DNA of 46,466 nucleotides, taken from the NCBI GenBank assembly GCA_017630915.1, contig JAGBUH010000053.1:1-46466 (forward strand). The letters run 5' to 3'. This document shows, piece after piece, positions 1 to 8,440 of the stretch. Numbering within the stretch: position 1 is the stretch's first letter; each line of letters opens with the position of its first letter. This DNA comes from Clostridia bacterium (GTDB taxonomy: Bacteria > Bacillota > Clostridia > Oscillospirales > CAG-382). The notes under the pieces are model-generated. The model searched no databases. It was not told where the DNA came from and saw nothing but the letters and a program-made list of their open reading frames with translations. The position numbers and the translations under genes were made by a program.

Positions 1-901
1 TCTTAGCAACGAGAGCAGCCGCGTTTATATCATAGAAGTGAGTATAAACGGTTGCTGCGGAGTTAGTTCTGAACCAAACGCGAGCGTTTGTACCAGCACC
101 GTTGCCGCCGGATACGAGAGCACAATCAACTTCAAACGCACCATAAAGTTTGGTGTCGTCAGCGCGGAGTTGGAATTTGTAGGAAAGAGTATCAGCGGTT
201 TTGGGAATAGCTTGCCAGTAACCGTTGTCGGGAGTAACTTCGGTCCAAGCGTCGTTCTTCCAACCGTTGTCGTTGAGTTTGCCGTCAACAGTGATGGTTT
301 CGGGAACTACTACGGGTTCGGAGGAAGAAGTGTCGTCGGAAGCATCTTCCTTGCTTTCAACTGTAGCGGTGCCGTTGGTGCAAGCACCGTTAGTAGCGAG
401 GTCGATGTTAGCGAGAGTGATCTTGTCGCCTTCTTTAAGAGCGAGAGCAGCAACTTTGGACTGCCAGTTGGGATAAGTTTTTTCTTCATCTTCGGGGAAA
501 GAAGCTGCGGAGTGAACAACCAAAACAATTTGGCCGTCGGTAAGAGTTACGTTAGCAACATCTTGCCAAGCTTCGTCGGCTTCAAGACCGTTTTTGGGAC
601 ACTCTATAACTCTGTTTACAGAGTAAACATTGTCTTCTACCTTGTCGAGAACAACGCTGATTGCCCAAGCGGCGTTAGAAGCATTGTACTTTTCGGTAGA
701 GGTAACGATGGTTGCATCTTCGCCTGCGATAACGCCGTTTACGGATTTAACGTTGAAAACGAATCCGTATGCGTTGTCGAAAATGTACAAACCATCTTCG
801 TTTTGGGTTTGGTTGTCTTGCCAAGACAATGCGGAAACGGGAACGATGAGCATTGCAGCAAGAAGAACAACCGAAAGAAGAGTCGCAATAACTTTCTTCA
901 T
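1..901 (-). CDS. Secreted protein, 3'-truncated by the window edge. It has a signal peptide, and its distal part resembles a CBM9/DOMON-type carbohydrate-binding module.
   Basis: It is absent from the ORF track because it has no stop in the window. I checked every minus-strand codon from the ATG at 901 down to nt 2 and found no stop (300 codons). The N-terminus MKKVIATLLSVVLLAAMLIVPVSALS is a classic signal peptide. A purine-rich RBS (AAAGGAAAAA) lies upstream. The motif ITVDGKLNDNGWKNDAWTEV is CBM9-like. The listed + ORF 38..970 is its codon-aligned antisense shadow. Confidence 0.8.
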   Translation of the reverse strand, partial: MKKVIATLLSVVLLAAMLIVPVSALSWQDNQTQNEDGLYIFDNAYGFVFNVKSVNGVIAGEDATIVTSTEKYNASNAAWAISVVLDKVEDNVYSVNRVIECPKNGLEADEAWQDVANVTLTDGQIVLVVHSAASFPEDEEKTYPNWQSKVAALALKEGDKITLANIDLATNGACTNGTATVESKEDASDDTSSSEPVVVPETITVDGKLNDNGWKNDAWTEVTPDNGYWQAIPKTADTLSYKFQLRADDTKLYGAFEVDCALVSGGNGAGTNARVWFRTNSAATVYTHFYDINAAALVAK

Positions 902-958
902 AGGAGTTTTTCCTTTCTAAACATAATATTTAGGGACAATACCCTATATTTAATTAGA

Positions 959-987
959 ATTATAACATAGAAATATTTAATATGCAA
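959..987 (-). promoter_or_regulatory. Sigma-A-type promoter for the 1..901 gene
   Basis: The minus strand reads TTGCAT, a 17-nt spacer, then TATAAT, with TGT immediately upstream of the -10 (extended -10). Confidence 0.45.
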
Positions 988-1040
988 TAGAAAAAAACGT
1001 AAAAATCAAAAAAATGTAGATATAGGGGGAACAAAAAACA

Positions 1041-1070
1041 TAAAAAAGAAGACGGCGAAGTACCGTCTTC
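1041..1070 (-). terminator. Rho-independent terminator after the 1092..1994 gene
   Basis: Stem GAAGACGG (1048-1055) pairs with CCGTCTTC (1063-1070) around a 7-nt loop. On the minus strand a U-run follows (plus-strand A-run 1042-1047). Confidence 0.7.
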
Positions 1071-1091
1071 TCATTAAAAATAACTCTTTAA

Positions 1092-1994
1092 TTATTTGCG
1101 GTTTTTAATAACGACCGCGGAACCTGCCATTGCTACGAGCGCGATGATGGCAAATACCACAACGTTAGAAGCATCACCGGGTTTAACGGGAGTGGAAGTG
1201 GTATTCGAAACATCGTTTGCATCACCTTCGACGTTTGCAAAAGCCTGTACTTCGCATACGAACATCCATGCTGCTGTGCCCGCTTCGGTGTGAGGAAGAA
1301 CGCGGTATTGAACGTAACGTGCGTCAACAGCTTCTTCAAGTTCTACTGTCGCGTCGACGTAGGCATCGGCGTCGGAATCAATATAAGAAGCATTGCCTAC
1401 TTTGTTCCAATTTTCGTTATCGGCAGAAACGTAAACTTCGATACCTTTGGGCGCACTTATACCGTTAGAGAGAACTTTTGATGCTGACGAAACAACTAAC
1501 TTATCAAGGTTGTAGGTTTCGCCTAAATCAACGGTAACGGAAGAATAACCGTTAACCTTCACGTCTTCGGAATTCTTGTTAAAACCTGCAAATGCAGGAT
1601 CGCTGAACTTGCCTTCGGCAGGATATTTGCCGTCGGTGAGTGTTTTGCCGTTTTCGTCGGGGTAAGCGATTTTACCGTCTACAACATAAAGTTCGGAAGT
1701 GGTGTAGGGTTTGCCGAGAGCAACGTTTTTGCTTACAAGGGGGACTTCCGAAGAAGTCTCGAAAGACATTTCGGAAGAAACGGAAGAAACATCGGAAACA
1801 TCGAAAGACAAATCGGTGCTTATTTCGGAAGAAACGTTGGAAATTGCGGAAGAAATATCAATGCTTAATTCGGAAGAAATGTCGTAAGAAACATCGGATA
1901 CGGTCGCATCGGCGTTGTTGTCTTCGGCAAGAACCGAAAGTGAAAGTGCCGTGCAGAAAACTACTGCAAGAACAAGTGCGATGAATTTTTTCAT
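1092..1994 (-). CDS. Secreted Ser-rich protein with an F5/8-type-C (discoidin)-like domain and a C-terminal TM anchor
   Basis: I trimmed the track ORF 1092..2033 to the ATG at 1994, which has GGAGG 8 nt upstream. The product starts MKKFIALVLAVVFCTALSLSVLA (signal peptide). A periodic (D/E)(I/V)SS low-complexity linker follows. The domain carries LTDGK ... GISAPKGIEVYVS ... ARYVQYRV motifs. The tail is KPGDASNVVVFAIIALVAMAGSAVVIKNRK. Confidence 0.8.
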   Translation of the reverse strand: MKKFIALVLAVVFCTALSLSVLAEDNNADATVSDVSYDISSELSIDISSAISNVSSEISTDLSFDVSDVSSVSSEMSFETSSEVPLVSKNVALGKPYTTSELYVVDGKIAYPDENGKTLTDGKYPAEGKFSDPAFAGFNKNSEDVKVNGYSSVTVDLGETYNLDKLVVSSASKVLSNGISAPKGIEVYVSADNENWNKVGNASYIDSDADAYVDATVELEEAVDARYVQYRVLPHTEAGTAAWMFVCEVQAFANVEGDANDVSNTTSTPVKPGDASNVVVFAIIALVAMAGSAVVIKNRK

Positions 1995-2094
1995 AATTTT
2001 ACCTCCATGAAAACAATGTGGTGTATTTTCCACTTGATATTGTTTTTCAACATTTAGTTTTATTCATAAAACCGTTTTTATTCATTTTTTATAT

Positions 2095-2136
2095 AAAAAA
2101 CAAGACTTTGGATATTTTTACATATACAAAGTCTTG
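2095..2136 (-). terminator. Rho-independent terminator after the 454-aa membrane protein gene
   Basis: CAAGACTTTG (2101-2110) pairs perfectly with CAAAGTCTTG (2127-2136). On the minus strand a U-run follows (A-run 2095-2100). Confidence 0.7.
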
Positions 2137-2157
2137 TGTGTTACGATTTTTGAATTA

Positions 2158-3522
2158 TTAACCGCCGTAAAGATCGGTTTTGCGTTGATATTCTTCGTTT
2201 ATTCGTTCGAGAATTTTAACCGTTTGCCAGATAAATATCGCGGTTGCTATAAGTCGAGGCGTGGCAATAGACGGATAGAAATAAGGAATTACAAACCCCA
2301 ATGCCCATAATATCATCGAAACAGAGTAAGCAACCCAAGCAAACGTTGAATTGATATTATCTAATCCCAATTTTGTTGACAATTGGTTTATTTCCAAAAG
2401 GAATAACCGTAAACAATATAAAGAGATTATCAACGTCGAAAGTCCTAAAACTGCACCGATTGCGACGATTTTAATATCGGTTTCGTAAATAACTATCGCA
2501 TCGTTGGGGGTAAAGTACATTCGGTAAAGTTCAGTTGCCAAAATAAGCACAAAAGCAGGTAACGCGAATATTTTTGTGAACTTAAATTCGCTTATGCTGT
2601 CAAAAAACATTACCGAGAAGAACAAAACCAAAAACATTGCCGAAGCAGGTATTATTCTAATACCGTCGAATTTGATATCCAAAGCAAAGAATAACGCGAA
2701 ATATACTGCGAATGAGCCTCTTTTCAGTATTTTCGGGATTACTTTTTCGGGGCGCACGGTATACTCGGAATTATAACGCGTGTCTAATGTTTCGCTTGCT
2801 TCTTTTTTGAATATGTTTAAAAGTTTTACAAGTGAAACGAACCATACTATCGACGTTCCGAGTGCGATAAGTGTGAATAAAACCACTATCGCAGGTTTCA
2901 TATTCACAAATGCCGAAATAGCATCATATTTATCTTGGTCGACTTCAACGTGCAGTTTCCATTCTAACAGCGCAATGAATTCAGGGATAAGTGTTGCGCC
3001 GATGCGCACAAAAAATGAAAGATAGGAAAGAAATGCTGTGCCGTCGCATTCTGCAAGTGTTCGGTTGCAGTTATTTCGCATCGAAAAATAGATTATTCCC
3101 GCAAACAGTTTTTTGAAAAAAATTATATAAATAATACCTTGAACTATCGAAAAAACCGTTACGGCGAGAAGTCTGTTAGAGCCGATTTCGGTAAGGAACA
3201 TCGAGCGCATCAGTAAAAGATGCAAAAACTCAGTTACTGTAAGATATAAAATGCATTTTCGCGCATCTTCGACAGAACCGTCAAAATATGCAAGTTGAGT
3301 CAAACCGAAAAAAATCAACAAACAGCCGATAACGTCGGGGACTATATCCAAACCGAACGGAACGGGATTTATGAAAAACGCAAATCCGATAAGGATAAGA
3401 CGAAAACTAATTTTCGAAACGCTTTTATTTTTTCTTTCGGTTGTTTCGTTCTTCAAGTTTCCTTGCCGCCTCCTGTCTTTCTTTGTGCATTTTTTCGATT
3501 GCTTTCGCTTGTTCTTTCGCAA
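2158..3522 (-). CDS. Polytopic integral membrane protein of unknown function
   Basis: The long ORF has many hydrophobic segments. The track start is a TTG lying inside the upstream gene, with a 98-nt overlap. The real start is uncertain; another in-frame TTG lies at 3456. I recognised no family motif. Confidence 0.6.
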   Translation of the reverse strand: MRKNKRKQSKKCTKKDRRRQGNLKNETTERKNKSVSKISFRLILIGFAFFINPVPFGLDIVPDVIGCLLIFFGLTQLAYFDGSVEDARKCILYLTVTEFLHLLLMRSMFLTEIGSNRLLAVTVFSIVQGIIYIIFFKKLFAGIIYFSMRNNCNRTLAECDGTAFLSYLSFFVRIGATLIPEFIALLEWKLHVEVDQDKYDAISAFVNMKPAIVVLFTLIALGTSIVWFVSLVKLLNIFKKEASETLDTRYNSEYTVRPEKVIPKILKRGSFAVYFALFFALDIKFDGIRIIPASAMFLVLFFSVMFFDSISEFKFTKIFALPAFVLILATELYRMYFTPNDAIVIYETDIKIVAIGAVLGLSTLIISLYCLRLFLLEINQLSTKLGLDNINSTFAWVAYSVSMILWALGFVIPYFYPSIATPRLIATAIFIWQTVKILERINEEYQRKTDLYGG

Positions 3523-4078
3523 TTTGCTGCTTGTCCTTTTCGTATTGCTTTTCGCTTGTTATCAATACAAAACAGGTGTGAAGAAACAGTAAATTCACGA
3601 ATATTACAGCATATTGAAGCACGTATTGGAGAGTGTTGACGGTAAAAGCAAGATTGCCCAACATTCCGCCCATGTTAAGTATTCCCGCAAAGAGCGACAC
3701 TATGATAAAAATCACCGTAAAAACAAGACGGTTTCTTGCTTGGCGTTCTAACTTTTGTGCTTGGCAACTTATTGCTATTTTTATAACGGCGCTTAACCAG
3801 AAATATGACGTCATAAGCCATGCGAGCAGATGCAAAATAAAGGTGGATACGTTTAAAATAGGAATCTCAGTCATATCCAAAACGCCGATTATTGTTAAAA
3901 TCTGCAAAATACCGCGAGGAAGTAAGAACAGCGATGAAATTGAGGCGTGCAAAAATGTGTTTTCCAAGCGCGAAGCGAGGAAGAAGCCGTATGCAAGTAA
4001 TGGTGCGGCAAAAAGCGCGCCTCCCATTTCGTGCAAAAGCAGAAAAGCATATCCGAATAAAGCAATTCCGAATCCCAT
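3425..4078 (-). CDS. Integral membrane protein with a Lys/Glu-rich C-terminal tail, unknown function
   Basis: ATG at 4078 with AAGGAG upstream. About 6 hydrophobic segments are followed by the tail EKQYEKDKQQIAKEQAKAIEKMHKERQEAARKLEERNNRKKK. Confidence 0.65.
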   Translation of the reverse strand: MGFGIALFGYAFLLLHEMGGALFAAPLLAYGFFLASRLENTFLHASISSLFLLPRGILQILTIIGVLDMTEIPILNVSTFILHLLAWLMTSYFWLSAVIKIAISCQAQKLERQARNRLVFTVIFIIVSLFAGILNMGGMLGNLAFTVNTLQYVLQYAVIFVNLLFLHTCFVLITSEKQYEKDKQQIAKEQAKAIEKMHKERQEAARKLEERNNRKKK

Positions 4079-4183
4079 CGTTTTGTTTCTCCTTGTGGTT
4101 TGTCAACTTCTTTGACGACTGTGTTGCGCTTGGAACTCGTTAACGCCCAAAATGCTTGTCATTTTGGGCGAGAGCGTTAGCGA

Positions 4184-6910
4184 CTAACCGCAACATTTTT
4201 TGTATTTTTTACCGCTTCCGCAGGGGCAGGGATCGTTAGGACCGACCTTTTGTTCGCGTTTTACCGGTGTGGGTTTAACCTTTTCGCCGTTTTCCGAACG
4301 CATACTTGCGGCACCGTTAAGAACCTGCTTGCGTTCTATCGTCGCTTGACGCGGTCTTGCGGAAAGTATCATTCTTGCAGTACCTTCACGAATTCCCGAA
4401 ATCATTTCGTCAAACATAGCACCGCCTTGGATTTTATATTCGACTATCGGGTTCCTTTGCGCATAAGCGTTCAAGCCTACGCTTCCCATAAGGTCGTCCA
4501 TAGCATCGATATGTTCTACCCAACGTGCGTCAACGTTGCGGAGCAATACCGAGCGTTCTACCTCGCGGAATACTTCGGGAGTGAAAACTTCTTCTTGCTT
4601 TTTCAGCAATTCTTCGGCACGTTCGCACAAAATATCGCTGATATTCGAAGCTTCGAGAGAAGCCATATCGTTTTGATTGTAATGGAAATCGTCTTCACCG
4701 CAAAGAAGTCCCATAAAGGTGTTGCGAATTTCGTCGAACTCCCATTCATCGGGAACGTCGGATTGAGTGTGGTTAGCCACGGTTTCGTTGATGTGGTCAA
4801 ATACCATTTTCTTTATCTTGTCGGAAATGTCGCTTCCGTCAAGCACTTCGCGGCGTTCTTTGTAAATAAGTTCGCGTTGGAGATTTATAACGTCATCATA
4901 TTGAAGAACGTTCTTTCTGCGTTCGAAGTTTTGCCCTTCAATGCGTTTTTGAGCATTTTCAATCGAGTTTGAAAGAATACTTGCGTCAATAGGTTGGTCA
5001 TCGGGCATTTTCAAGGCATCTACGATACCCAAAATTCTGTCCGCACCGAACAAGCGCATAAGGTCGTCTTGCATCGAAAGGAAGAAACGGCTTTCGCCTG
5101 CGTCGCCCTGACGTCCTGCACGACCGCGCAATTGGTTGTCGATACGTCTGCTTTCGTGACGTTCGGTGCCCAAAATAAACAGACCGCCCGCTTCGCGAAC
5201 CTTGTCGGCTTCAACGCGAATGTCCTTTTCAAATTCCTCTTTGAGTTCGTTGAAACGCTTTCTTGCCGCAAGAATTTCGGCATCATCGGTTTCGCCGCAA
5301 TTGGTCGCTTCGTAAAGCATGTAATCGTCAAGACCTTCTTTGCGGAGTACGTCTTTCGCCAAAAATTCCGAGTTACCGCCGAGCATAATGTCGGTACCAC
5401 GTCCTGCCATGTTGGTAGAAATGGTTATCGCACCCAATTTACCTGCTTGGGCTACGATTTCGGCTTCTTTTTCGTGGTGCTTCGCGTTGAGAACGTTATG
5501 AGGAATACCTCTGGCTTTTAAAATCTTCGATAACTGTTCGCTCTTTTCGACCGAAACCGTACCGACAAGAACAGGCTGTCCCTTTGCGCGACATTCCTCG
5601 ATTTGACGGATAATCGCTTCGGTTTTACCTGCGATGTTTTTATAAACGACGTCATTATGGTCGATTCTTATCATCGGTTTGTTGGTAGGAATCGTGATAA
5701 CGTCAAGTGCGTAAATTTCTCTGAATTCGTCTTCTTCGGTCATGGCGGTACCCGTCATACCCGAAAGCTTTCTATACATTCTGAAAAAGTTTTGGAACGT
5801 AACGGTTGCTTGCGTGCGGTTTTCGTCTTGGACCTTAACGCCTTCTTTTGCTTCGATTGCTTGGTGCAATCCGTTCGAAAAACGTCTGCTCGGCATAATA
5901 CGGCCCGTGAAAGAATCAACGATAACAACCTTGCCGTCTTGCATAACATAATCGATATCTTTTTGCATAACACCGCGTGCACGGATAGCGTTGTTAAGAT
6001 AGTGCATCAATTCGCTGTGTTCGCCGTCGCCTATGTTTTCAAGTCCGAAATGCTTTTCGGCTTTTTGAAGACCGTTTGAGGTGAACATACAGCTTCTTGC
6101 TTTTTCGTCAACGATATAATCTTCGGTGATATCTTCGTCGCTCTTTTTCGCATCGAATTCTTTTATGCGGTAGCATTTCAATTTGCGCACGAATTCATCG
6201 GCTTTTTGATACATTTCGCTTGATTCGCCGCCTGCACCCGAAATAATAAGCGGAGTACGTGCTTCGTCTATAAGGATAGAGTCAACTTCGTCGACTATCG
6301 CAAATTCGTGTCCGCGTTGAACGGTTTGGGTTTTGTAAACAACCATGTTGTCGCGGAGGTAGTCGAAACCGAATTCGTTGTTGGTACCGTATGTGATGTC
6401 GGCATTATATGCTTCTTGGCGTTGCTTAGTGTCAAGCCCCTGAATAATAAGACCTACTTTAAGACCCAAAAAACGGTAGATGTTGCCCATCCATTCGCTG
6501 TCACGTTTTGCGAGGTAATCGTTTACGGTGACGATATGCACACCTTTACCTGCAAGTGCATTGAGGTATGCAGGGAGGGTGGCGACAAGGGTTTTGCCTT
6601 CACCGGTTCTCATTTCGGCGATTCGACCTTGGTGAAGAACGATACCGCCGATAAGTTGAACATGGTAATGGCGTTTTCCCAAAACACGAGTTGAAGCTTC
6701 TCTCACTACCGCAAAAGCATCGGGAAGTATGTCGTCAAGCGTTTCGCCGTTTGCCAATCTGTCTTTCAGCACGTTGGTCTGGTTTTTAAGGGTATCGTCG
6801 TCCATTGACGAATATTTATCCGAAAGCACTTCGATTTTTTGCGCAATCGGTTCTATTTTTTTAAGTTGTTTTTCGCTGTAAGTACCGAATAATTTGGTAA
6901 ACAAAGACAT
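4184..6910 (-). CDS. secA: Preprotein translocase ATPase SecA
   Basis: 908 aa. It has the MRTGEGKTLVATLPAYLNAL Walker A region, the DEVDSILIDEARTPLIISG DEAD-like motif and the C-terminal zinc motif CPCGSGKKYKKCCG. AAGGAG RBS. Confidence 0.98.
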   Translation of the reverse strand: MSLFTKLFGTYSEKQLKKIEPIAQKIEVLSDKYSSMDDDTLKNQTNVLKDRLANGETLDDILPDAFAVVREASTRVLGKRHYHVQLIGGIVLHQGRIAEMRTGEGKTLVATLPAYLNALAGKGVHIVTVNDYLAKRDSEWMGNIYRFLGLKVGLIIQGLDTKQRQEAYNADITYGTNNEFGFDYLRDNMVVYKTQTVQRGHEFAIVDEVDSILIDEARTPLIISGAGGESSEMYQKADEFVRKLKCYRIKEFDAKKSDEDITEDYIVDEKARSCMFTSNGLQKAEKHFGLENIGDGEHSELMHYLNNAIRARGVMQKDIDYVMQDGKVVIVDSFTGRIMPSRRFSNGLHQAIEAKEGVKVQDENRTQATVTFQNFFRMYRKLSGMTGTAMTEEDEFREIYALDVITIPTNKPMIRIDHNDVVYKNIAGKTEAIIRQIEECRAKGQPVLVGTVSVEKSEQLSKILKARGIPHNVLNAKHHEKEAEIVAQAGKLGAITISTNMAGRGTDIMLGGNSEFLAKDVLRKEGLDDYMLYEATNCGETDDAEILAARKRFNELKEEFEKDIRVEADKVREAGGLFILGTERHESRRIDNQLRGRAGRQGDAGESRFFLSMQDDLMRLFGADRILGIVDALKMPDDQPIDASILSNSIENAQKRIEGQNFERRKNVLQYDDVINLQRELIYKERREVLDGSDISDKIKKMVFDHINETVANHTQSDVPDEWEFDEIRNTFMGLLCGEDDFHYNQNDMASLEASNISDILCERAEELLKKQEEVFTPEVFREVERSVLLRNVDARWVEHIDAMDDLMGSVGLNAYAQRNPIVEYKIQGGAMFDEMISGIREGTARMILSARPRQATIERKQVLNGAASMRSENGEKVKPTPVKREQKVGPNDPCPCGSGKKYKKCCG

Positions 6911-7001
6911 TTTATTCGCTCCTTTTGTTTCGGCTATATAATTTCACAAACTATATCATATCACATAAACGTTAAAAAGTATATAGATATTTCAAAAATT
7001 A

Positions 7002-7030
7002 TTGCAAAGTTGCAAAAAAAGAAGTATAAT
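7002..7030 (+). promoter_or_regulatory. Sigma-A-type promoter for mnmE
   Basis: TTGCAA (7002-7007), 17-nt spacer, TATAAT (7025-7030). Confidence 0.5.
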
Positions 7031-7062
7031 AACATGAATAAGTATTTATTACGGAGTTTTTT

Positions 7063-8427
7063 ATGAGCACTATCGCTGCTATCGGCACACCGCACGGCAA
7101 AGGCGGTGTGGCGATGATACGAATAAGCGGAGACGACGCATTCGAGGTTGCAAAACGTGTGTTTATTCCTGCAAACCAAAAACGGTTTGACGAAGCACTA
7201 CACGGTCGCACCTATTACGGTTCGTTTTGCGACGAAAAGGGCATATTTGACGACGGTATATGTCTTCTTTTCTACGCACCAAATTCTTTCACGGGTGAAA
7301 ATGTTGCCGAATTATACTGTCACGGAGGCATACTTGTAACCCAAAAACTTCTTGCCGCCGCATTGACAAACGGCGCGGTTATGGCAGGTGCAGGTGAATT
7401 TACAAGACGCGCTTTCATAAACGGCAAAATGTCGCTAACCCAAGCCGAAGCGATAGGCGGAATCATCGACTCGAAAAGCGAAAAACATTTGTCTATTTCG
7501 GCAAAACAGGCAAACGGTTCGTTAAGCAGGCATTTGAACGCGATATATGACGAACTGCGTTTGCTTGCCGCATCGGTTTATGCATTTATAGATTATCCCG
7601 ACGAGGATATGACCGACGTTACGGTTGAAGAAATGAGGGACAAACTGATAGGTGTTAAGAATAAACTTGACCGTCTTGCAAGCAGTCATACCTACGGACG
7701 TGCGATAAGCGAAGGTATCGCTACGGCGATAGTCGGAAAGCCCAATACGGGCAAAAGTTCGCTTCTTAACGCGCTTTGCGGCGAGGAGAGGGCGATTGTT
7801 ACCGATATCGCAGGTACAACGCGCGACGTCGTAACCGAAACGGTGCGTTTGGGCGATATGATACTCAAACTGTCGGATACGGCAGGAATTAGAGAGAGTG
7901 AAGATACGGTCGAAAAAATCGGTATCGAACGAAGCAAAAAGGCAATAGACGATGCCGACTTGATTTTGGCAGTGTTTGACCTTTCGCGTCCTATCGACGA
8001 TGACGATAAACGGCTGATAGGTGCGATATTCGAAAGCGGAAAACAAAATCAAACTGTTTGCATATACAACAAAGCGGATATATCCTCAGATACTTCGTGC
8101 CATAAGCTTCCTTTTGAGAAAACGGTTGTTTTAAGCGCATTAAATAACGAAGGACTGGAAACCTTGGTCGAAGAGGTATCGTTGATGTTCGGTGCAGGAG
8201 AAATCGGCGAGAACGATGAAATCGTTGTAAACGCCCGTCAATGCGCCGCTGTTTTGAATACATCGAAGGCTGTCGGCAATGCGATTGATGCGCTTGATTC
8301 ATTTACGCAGGATATTGCGGGCATGGATATCGAACAGGCATTGTCGTCACTCGCCGAAGCCGACGGCAGAACGGTAAACGAAGATATAGTAAATGAAATT
8401 TTCTCGCATTTCTGTGTGGGAAAATAA
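7063..8427 (+). CDS. mnmE: tRNA modification GTPase MnmE (TrmE)
   Basis: G1 motif GKPNTGKSSLLNAL, G3 motif DTAGIRE, and the C-terminal CVGK tetrapeptide (C-I/V-G-K) typical of MnmE. Confidence 0.97.
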   Translation: MSTIAAIGTPHGKGGVAMIRISGDDAFEVAKRVFIPANQKRFDEALHGRTYYGSFCDEKGIFDDGICLLFYAPNSFTGENVAELYCHGGILVTQKLLAAALTNGAVMAGAGEFTRRAFINGKMSLTQAEAIGGIIDSKSEKHLSISAKQANGSLSRHLNAIYDELRLLAASVYAFIDYPDEDMTDVTVEEMRDKLIGVKNKLDRLASSHTYGRAISEGIATAIVGKPNTGKSSLLNALCGEERAIVTDIAGTTRDVVTETVRLGDMILKLSDTAGIRESEDTVEKIGIERSKKAIDDADLILAVFDLSRPIDDDDKRLIGAIFESGKQNQTVCIYNKADISSDTSCHKLPFEKTVVLSALNNEGLETLVEEVSLMFGAGEIGENDEIVVNARQCAAVLNTSKAVGNAIDALDSFTQDIAGMDIEQALSSLAEADGRTVNEDIVNEIFSHFCVGK

Positions 8428-8440
8428 AAAGGATAAATTT

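Noticed and set aside
38-970. 310-aa + strand ORF, the only track ORF covering the first 900 nt
   Set aside because: It has antisense-type composition (rich in V, G, S, F and N), no RBS and no recognisable motif. The codon-aligned minus frame is open for 300 codons, and it has a promoter, an RBS and a textbook signal peptide. The minus-strand gene is the real one.
6911-7062. Replication origin between the divergent secA and mnmE genes
   Set aside because: No TTATCCACA-type DnaA boxes are present (the best is ATATCACAT, with 2 mismatches). No dnaA or dnaN is nearby, the spacer is only 152 bp, and it is adequately explained by two divergent promoters.
8393-8440. 16-codon N-terminal extension of mnmG overlapping mnmE
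   Set aside because: The ATG at 8441 follows an AAGGA RBS and the mnmE stop, and it gives the conserved GidA N-terminus just before the FAD-binding motif.
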